From contig JBBDNC010000115.1 in the NCBI GenBank assembly GCA_040877875.1, forward strand, positions 14,103-78,102: a stretch of DNA of 64,000 nucleotides, in the 5' to 3' direction. Each line of letters begins with the position of its first letter. Within the stretch, counting starts at the first letter, position 1. Shown here one piece after another: positions 58,824-64,000 of the stretch. This stretch comes from Balneolaceae bacterium (GTDB taxonomy: Bacteria; Bacteroidota; Rhodothermia; Balneolales; Balneolaceae). The translations under genes were made by a program, and so were the position numbers. The notes beneath the pieces were generated by a model, which saw nothing but the letters and a program-made list of their open reading frames with translations, ran no database searches and had not been told where the DNA came from.

Positions 58824-59945
58824 CAGGAAGCCTGAACCGATGTTGCCATCAGGTAGGATTTGATAAATTCATTCAGGTCGCCGTCCATGACTCCATCGAC
58901 ATCCCCGGTTTCATGATCGGTTCTGTGATCTTTTACCATATTATAGGGATGGAAAACGTAGGAGCGAATTTGAGATCCCCATTCAATTTTATTCTTGGAA
59001 TCCTCGAGCTTTTGTTTTTCCCGCTCCTTGATATTTTTTTCAAGCTCATAAATTTTGGATTTTAGCAACTGCATGGCCTTTTCGCGGTTCTGAAGCTGAG
59101 AGCGCTCCTGCTGGCATTCCGCAACGACCCTTTCCTGGCTGCCGTCAGATAACTCCCCCTCCCAGATCAAACGGACACCTGTTTCAACCTTGTTGACATT
59201 TTGTCCTCCCGCCCCGCTGGCATGGAAACGCTGAAGTTCAACCTCACTTTCGTTTAATCCAATATCGATCGAATCATCCACGACCGGGGATACAAAGACT
59301 GAACAGAATGATGTGTGGCGGCGGGAATTACTGTCAAACGGGGAAATTCTAACCAGGCGATGAACCCCGCTTTCAGCTTTCAGAAAACCATAGGCATTTG
59401 TACCACTGACTTCAATCGTTGCACTTTTTAATCCTGCCACATCACCGGTCTGATATTCGATGGTTGAAACTTTATATCCATTCTGCTCTGCCCATCGGTT
59501 GTACATCCGAAAGAGCATTTCTGCCCAGTCCTGGCTTTCCGTTCCACCGGCTCCGGGATTGAACGTCACAATCGCATCCCGATGGTCATCTTCCCCGGAA
59601 AGCATATTTTCAAGTTCGAGGTCTTCCAGTTTTTTTTTGAATTTTCCAGACTCTTCCCGGAGTTCCTCGGTGACTTCCTCTCCTTCTTTCAGAAACTGTT
59701 CATATACCCGGATACTTTCCCGCAGGTCATTCAATTCATCCCAGCTTTCAACCAGGTTTTTTTCATAGTCGATTTGACGCATGATCTGACTTGCATGATC
59801 CGGATCGTTCCAAAAATTCGGATCCTGAGTCTGTTCCTGCAGTTCTATAATCCTGACTTTTCTCTTATCATAGTCAAAGGTACCCCCTGAGGGCATCCAA
59901 ACGCTCAAATAAGGGCTCCAGTTTTTCAATGCTTATCTGTTCCAT
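58823..59945 (-). CDS. prfB: Peptide chain release factor 2, expressed through a programmed +1 frameshift
   Basis: SPF motif (RISPFDS) and GGQ motif (SGAGGQNVN). Frame-0 leader MEQISIEKLEPLFERLDALRGYL (ATG 59945) ends at in-frame TGA 59876..59874. The main ORF continues with DYDKRKV in the +1 frame from 59875. Confidence 0.9.
59873..59888 (-). promoter_or_regulatory. RF2 autoregulatory +1 frameshift site (CTT TGA C) with an upstream SD-like AGGGGG
   Basis: Minus strand reads AGG GGG TAC CTT TGA CTA TGA. This is the canonical slippery CTT, UGA followed by C, and an internal SD 3 nt upstream of CTT. Confidence 0.88.
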
Positions 59946-60065
59946 AGTTATACTCAGCTCATGGGTAATTGGGAATTAACTGTACTGCTGCGTATCGGGG
60001 ATCAAAGATCCAGCTATGATAGCCCTGCATCATTTCTGTTTGCCAAATAGAATAGGGTAAATTTT

Positions 60066-60317
60066 TTAATGACGCATGAGTTTGGCGAGAATCACACCCA
60101 GGAGAAGTCCACCGGCAAATGCTGCCCCGACTCCCTGTTCCGGGTTAGCCCGGACATAACGGCGTGCGTTTCTGTATTCATGCTTCATGTCCTGTTCAAG
60201 CCTTCCTTTTTCATCCCGTAATTTGTTCGCCAGTTCGTTATAAGCATTTTCAAGCGAACGCTTCTTTTCTTCAAGGGTTTCGTCGATCATATCTTTCTTT
60301 TTTCCTTTGTCAGCCAT
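60066..60317 (-). CDS. Small tail-anchored membrane protein, DUF883 (ElaB/YqjD-like) or YtxH-like
   Basis: 83 aa. A charged helical N-terminus and a C-terminal TM (GVGAAFAGGLLLGVILAKLMRH). Confidence 0.45.
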   Translation of the reverse strand: MADKGKKKDMIDETLEEKKRSLENAYNELANKLRDEKGRLEQDMKHEYRNARRYVRANPEQGVGAAFAGGLLLGVILAKLMRH

Positions 60318-60380
60318 AATCTGTTTCTCCTTTTAAAATTATCTTATAAAGATAGTTATTTTCTATTTAACAAATGCTAT

Positions 60381-62171
60381 TCAAGCAATGGTTCCCGTTT
60401 TATCGATCGCCTGTTCTTTGTATTGAAGTTCATAAAGTTTCTTATAAATTCCGTTCTCTTTGGTTAACAATTCTTGATGGTTTCCCATTTCACGAATCTC
60501 GCCTTTATGCATGACCAGGATTTTATCAGCATCCTGAATGGTTGAGAGGCGATGGGCAATCACAATAGAGGTGCTCCCTTTCATCATATGCCGGCAGGCA
60601 TTCGTAACCAGTTGCTCGGTTTCAGAATCAACACTTGAAGTTGCTTCATCCAACACCAGGATTGTCGGTTCATAGACCATCGCTCTTACAAAACAGATAA
60701 GTTGTCGTTGCCCCATAGACAGGGATGCGCCGCGCTCTTGCAACAGGTAATCATACTGACCCGGTAATTTTTTAATAAAAGAGTGAGCTTCCACCTTTTT
60801 GGCCGTTTCGATAACCTTTTCCCTGCTAATGTCCGGATTCCCGAGGGTAATATTTTCAAGTACTGTCCCGGAGAACAATGCATTGTCCTGCAGAACAAGA
60901 GCAAAGAAGGATCGGAGGCGGTCGAGCTTGAGTTCCCGGATATCCACCCCGTCCAACTGTATGGATCCGCTCCGGATATCATAGAACCTCATCAGCAAGT
61001 TAATGATCGTTGTCTTTCCGGCCCCGGTTGCCCCGACAATTGCCGTGCTTTTACCCGGCTGTACTTCAAAGCTGATATTTCGAAGGACTTCCGCTTCATT
61101 GGGATTATATTGAAATGAAACATCCTTGAATCGTATATGCCCTTTTGCATGGTTGATTTTTTGGGGATGCTCCGGATCTTTGACCTGATTTTCCGTATCC
61201 AGTACATTAAAAATTCGTTCGGATGAAGCCAGTGCAGACTGTAGGGTATTGTATTTTTCCGAAAGTCCACGAATGGGGTTAAAGAACTGACGCACATACT
61301 GGATAAAGGCAAGGAGCACTCCGAAAGTCAACTGATCCATCAAGGCCCTGGCCCCGCCATACCAGACCACCAAAGCCATCGCCAGACTTGCAAGGACTTC
61401 TACGACCGGCCAGAATATTGCAAAATAAAAAATCGTATCTATATGAGCCTTGCGGTGATGGCTGTTAATGGATTCAAATTTTTCTTGCTCTTTCTCCTCA
61501 CGGTTAAAGAGCTGTACAATGGCCATTCCGCTGATATGTTCCTGAACAAACGAATTAAGCTGTGCAATACGATCCCGTACATTCAAAAATGAAACCCGAA
61601 CTTTTGCCTTAAACCAGAAGGTTGCATAAAAAAGTATCGGGAGTACAAGAATAGCCACAATCGTCAACTCCCAACTCATCGCAAGCATGAAATACAGGAT
61701 AAAGAAAATACGGAACAGGTCGCCCGCCATGTTTACAACCCCGTCTGACAGCAGCTCACTTAACGCTTCTATATCACTGGTTGTCCGGGTAATGAGCCGG
61801 CCGATCGGATTTTTGTCAAAAAACTGGACGTGGAGAGACTGGATTTTCCTAAATACGGTATTTCGCAAACTGTAGAGAGTCCCCTGTCCAAACCAGCGGG
61901 TCAGATAAGTGTTGGCCACGAGTATCAGAAATTCGCCGGTCAGGGCGCCAACGAGAAGAAACACGATCCAGAGCAAGCCTTCATAATCGCCGTTTACGAT
62001 ATAGTCATCCACAGCGATCTGGGTGAGCTTCGGCCGGATCGTGCTCAGCAGTGCCGCTGCAAGCGTCAATACGATTGCAAGCAGCACAAACCATCGATAC
62101 GGTTTAAGGAAATAATAAAGCCGCCGAATTAAAACTGAATCGACGGCTTTTGAATCCATTTTGCTACTCAA
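60381..62171 (-). CDS. ABC exporter, fused permease/ATPase (MsbA/MdlB-like half transporter)
   Basis: 596 aa. Six-TM N-terminal domain, Walker A GATGAGKTT, signature LSMGQRQ, Walker B LVLDEATSSVD. Confidence 0.9.
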   Translation of the reverse strand: MSSKMDSKAVDSVLIRRLYYFLKPYRWFVLLAIVLTLAAALLSTIRPKLTQIAVDDYIVNGDYEGLLWIVFLLVGALTGEFLILVANTYLTRWFGQGTLYSLRNTVFRKIQSLHVQFFDKNPIGRLITRTTSDIEALSELLSDGVVNMAGDLFRIFFILYFMLAMSWELTIVAILVLPILFYATFWFKAKVRVSFLNVRDRIAQLNSFVQEHISGMAIVQLFNREEKEQEKFESINSHHRKAHIDTIFYFAIFWPVVEVLASLAMALVVWYGGARALMDQLTFGVLLAFIQYVRQFFNPIRGLSEKYNTLQSALASSERIFNVLDTENQVKDPEHPQKINHAKGHIRFKDVSFQYNPNEAEVLRNISFEVQPGKSTAIVGATGAGKTTIINLLMRFYDIRSGSIQLDGVDIRELKLDRLRSFFALVLQDNALFSGTVLENITLGNPDISREKVIETAKKVEAHSFIKKLPGQYDYLLQERGASLSMGQRQLICFVRAMVYEPTILVLDEATSSVDSETEQLVTNACRHMMKGSTSIVIAHRLSTIQDADKILVMHKGEIREMGNHQELLTKENGIYKKLYELQYKEQAIDKTGTIA

Positions 62172-62186
62172 AATGTACGATTGAAA

Positions 62187-63395
62187 TTAGAAACGGTTAA
62201 AATCATCAAAAGGAGTCCGCGGAGTAATATGCCGCGGCTTTCTTGATGAATCGTTCTGGTTATCATTCTTTTTCTTTCGACGATTATCCGAAGACTTTTT
62301 ACTGCGGCTGTCATCATTATTTTTACTGCTTCTGCCCTTATAATTCTTTCTCTTCCGGAAACGTTTCTGTTTGTCGTCCGTATTTTTACCTCCCTTTGAA
62401 TACCTCTTCTTACCGGAACCGGATTTTTTATCTACTTCCTTGATATAGACCTTGGGAGTGATGATTCCTTTTTCATGGGCTGGATCCGTAAAGATCGGCC
62501 TCATTTCCGTAGCCAGCCAGGCCGGGAAAAAATGCTGTCTGGCTTCCCGGAGCAGAACAAACGGATTCGTATATCGAGCTGAAAAGTGTGAAATCACCAA
62601 CAGTTTCGTCTGGGCCTCGTTCGCCACCCTGGCCGCATCTACAGCAGTAGAATGGCCGGTTTCTTCAGCCTTGTCAGAAAGGTTTTCTCCAAACGTAGCT
62701 TCATGCAGAAGAATATTGGTATTCATCCCGAGTTTCACGGCATTTGGAGAGTACCGGGTATCCGTGATATATGCGAAACTGTCACCCGGCCGTGGATGCC
62801 CCACGATATCCTGGGATTTTACGAGCGTGCCGTCATCAAGCTCCACATCCTTGCCGGCTTTGAGATCCTTATATTGCCAATCCTCAGAAATACCCTTGGC
62901 TTCCGCCTTATCGGCATCTACTTTCCCCGGCCTGTCCTTTTCCTGAAATCGATAGCCGATACAAAAACTGTTGTGGTTCAACGGGCGTGCTTCCACATAG
63001 AATTCTTCTACATCCACGACCCTTTCGTGTTCAAAGCCTTCCTCCAGTTCAACGTAATTGACTTCAAATCCCAGGTCTATATTGGCAAAGTTGAAATTCC
63101 ATTCAATAAAATCTCGAATTCCTTTTGGGGCGACAAGGGTAATCGGCTTATCCCTTCGCTGCAATTGCAAGGTAGAAAATAACCCAATCAATCCTGCAAA
63201 GTGATCCACGTCAAAATGAGATAAAAAGATATAGTCGACTTTTGACCGTTTTAATCCGGCCTGGAGCATTCGCATCTGGGTATTTTCTCCACAGTCAAAC
63301 AGATAAACACTGCCTTCCCTCCAAAGAGCTACGGATGGCAAATGTCTGGTTGCAGTCGGCGTTGCCGAAGCGACTCCTAATGGTATGATAATCAT
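62187..63395 (-). CDS. Ribonuclease Z-like metallo-beta-lactamase-fold protein with a long basic C-terminal tail
   Basis: RNase Z-like order of motifs: PTATRHLPSVAL, LFDCGENTQ, SHFDVDH (where canonical RNase Z has HxHxDH), LLHEATF, GHSTAVDAA, LLVISHFSARY. About 85 extra C-terminal residues are rich in K/R/S/N/D. Confidence 0.7.
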   Translation of the reverse strand: MIIIPLGVASATPTATRHLPSVALWREGSVYLFDCGENTQMRMLQAGLKRSKVDYIFLSHFDVDHFAGLIGLFSTLQLQRRDKPITLVAPKGIRDFIEWNFNFANIDLGFEVNYVELEEGFEHERVVDVEEFYVEARPLNHNSFCIGYRFQEKDRPGKVDADKAEAKGISEDWQYKDLKAGKDVELDDGTLVKSQDIVGHPRPGDSFAYITDTRYSPNAVKLGMNTNILLHEATFGENLSDKAEETGHSTAVDAARVANEAQTKLLVISHFSARYTNPFVLLREARQHFFPAWLATEMRPIFTDPAHEKGIITPKVYIKEVDKKSGSGKKRYSKGGKNTDDKQKRFRKRKNYKGRSSKNNDDSRSKKSSDNRRKKKNDNQNDSSRKPRHITPRTPFDDFNRF

Positions 63396-63472
63396 TGTAT
63401 TCTCCCGTTATGTTGATTTGATTGGGGTGATTACCGGTCAGGTAACCAAATCCCACAGATTTCAAGTATCTA

Positions 63473-64000
63473 TTAAATTTGTTCGAGTTCTTGTTCCAAG
63501 AGTTGTTTCCGATACATATTCGAATAATGTCCTTCCAGTTTTAACAACTCCTCATGTGTACCACTTTCTTTCAATGAACCGTCTGCGAGATAAAAAATTG
63601 TATCTGCGTGTTTGACAGTCGAAATACGATGACTGATCATGATGGTGGTCCGTCCTTTTAGTTCATTTCGGAGGTGCTGCAAGATTGCATCTTCTGTCTT
63701 GGTATCGACTGCACTTAATGAGTCGTCCAGAATTAATATTCTGGGATCTTTGATTAATGCTCTTGCAATTGCGGCTCGTTGTTTTTGACCGCCAGAAAGT
63801 GTAATTCCCCGTTCGCCTACCATAGTCTCAAATTTTTTTTCAAAATCCAAAATATTATCAAGTAACTGAGCTTTTTCAGAAGCCTCTTCAATTTGATAAT
63901 GGGATGCCTCTTCAACTCCAAAAGCGATATTTTCACTAAGGGTAGTTGAAAACAGGAAAGTATCCTGTGGCACAAATCCGATTTTACGTCTCAATACAGC
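63473..64000 (-). CDS. ABC exporter ATPase domain (partial; gene continues past window end)
   Basis: Signature LSGGQKQR, Walker B ILILDDSLSAVD, H-loop ISHR. The reading frame is open to position 64000. Confidence 0.88.
   Translation of the reverse strand, partial: AVLRRKIGFVPQDTFLFSTTLSENIAFGVEEASHYQIEEASEKAQLLDNILDFEKKFETMVGERGITLSGGQKQRAAIARALIKDPRILILDDSLSAVDTKTEDAILQHLRNELKGRTTIMISHRISTVKHADTIFYLADGSLKESGTHEELLKLEGHYSNMYRKQLLEQELEQI

Overview
About 58 protein-coding genes. I recognised no rRNA, tRNA, CRISPR array, transposase or integrase. Calls rest on reading the ORF translations for family motifs and on hand inspection of intergenic DNA; no searches were run. The gene content suggests an FCB-group bacterium (Bacteroidota, Balneolota or Rhodothermota-like): an ECF sigma/FecR/SusC/SusD unit, a PVC-type heme-binding CxxCH protein, BamD, type-2 IDI and many lipobox signals. 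Most of the window is housekeeping. It holds metG, a greA-ugd-uxs unit, a sufBCDS-nfu-iscA block, fni plus a polyprenyl synthase, bamD, nadD, der and a lone nuoI. It also holds a speH-pdaD-speE polyamine cluster, a rimK operon, holA, asnS, a conserved rimP-nusA-infB-rbfA-truB-ribF-rpsO-pnp block, coaE, prfB and two ABC exporter genes. The items most worth a second look: (1) two 157-bp inverted repeats bracket a single unknown membrane-protein gene at 38.2-39.1 kb, and a third partial copy lies upstream of rimP; (2) a SusC/SusD trans-envelope signalling unit has no glycoside hydrolase in the window but sits next to a heme-c/beta-propeller dehydrogenase-like protein and a Tat-exported TIM-barrel enzyme; (3) an RNase Z homologue with an altered metal motif and a long basic tail lies between two ABC exporter genes; (4) prfB has a programmed +1 frameshift that the ORF track misses; (5) a terminator-like hairpin lies in the greA leader. 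I did not find a clear-cut new multi-gene system. The repeat-bracketed cassette is the best candidate and is still an inference.
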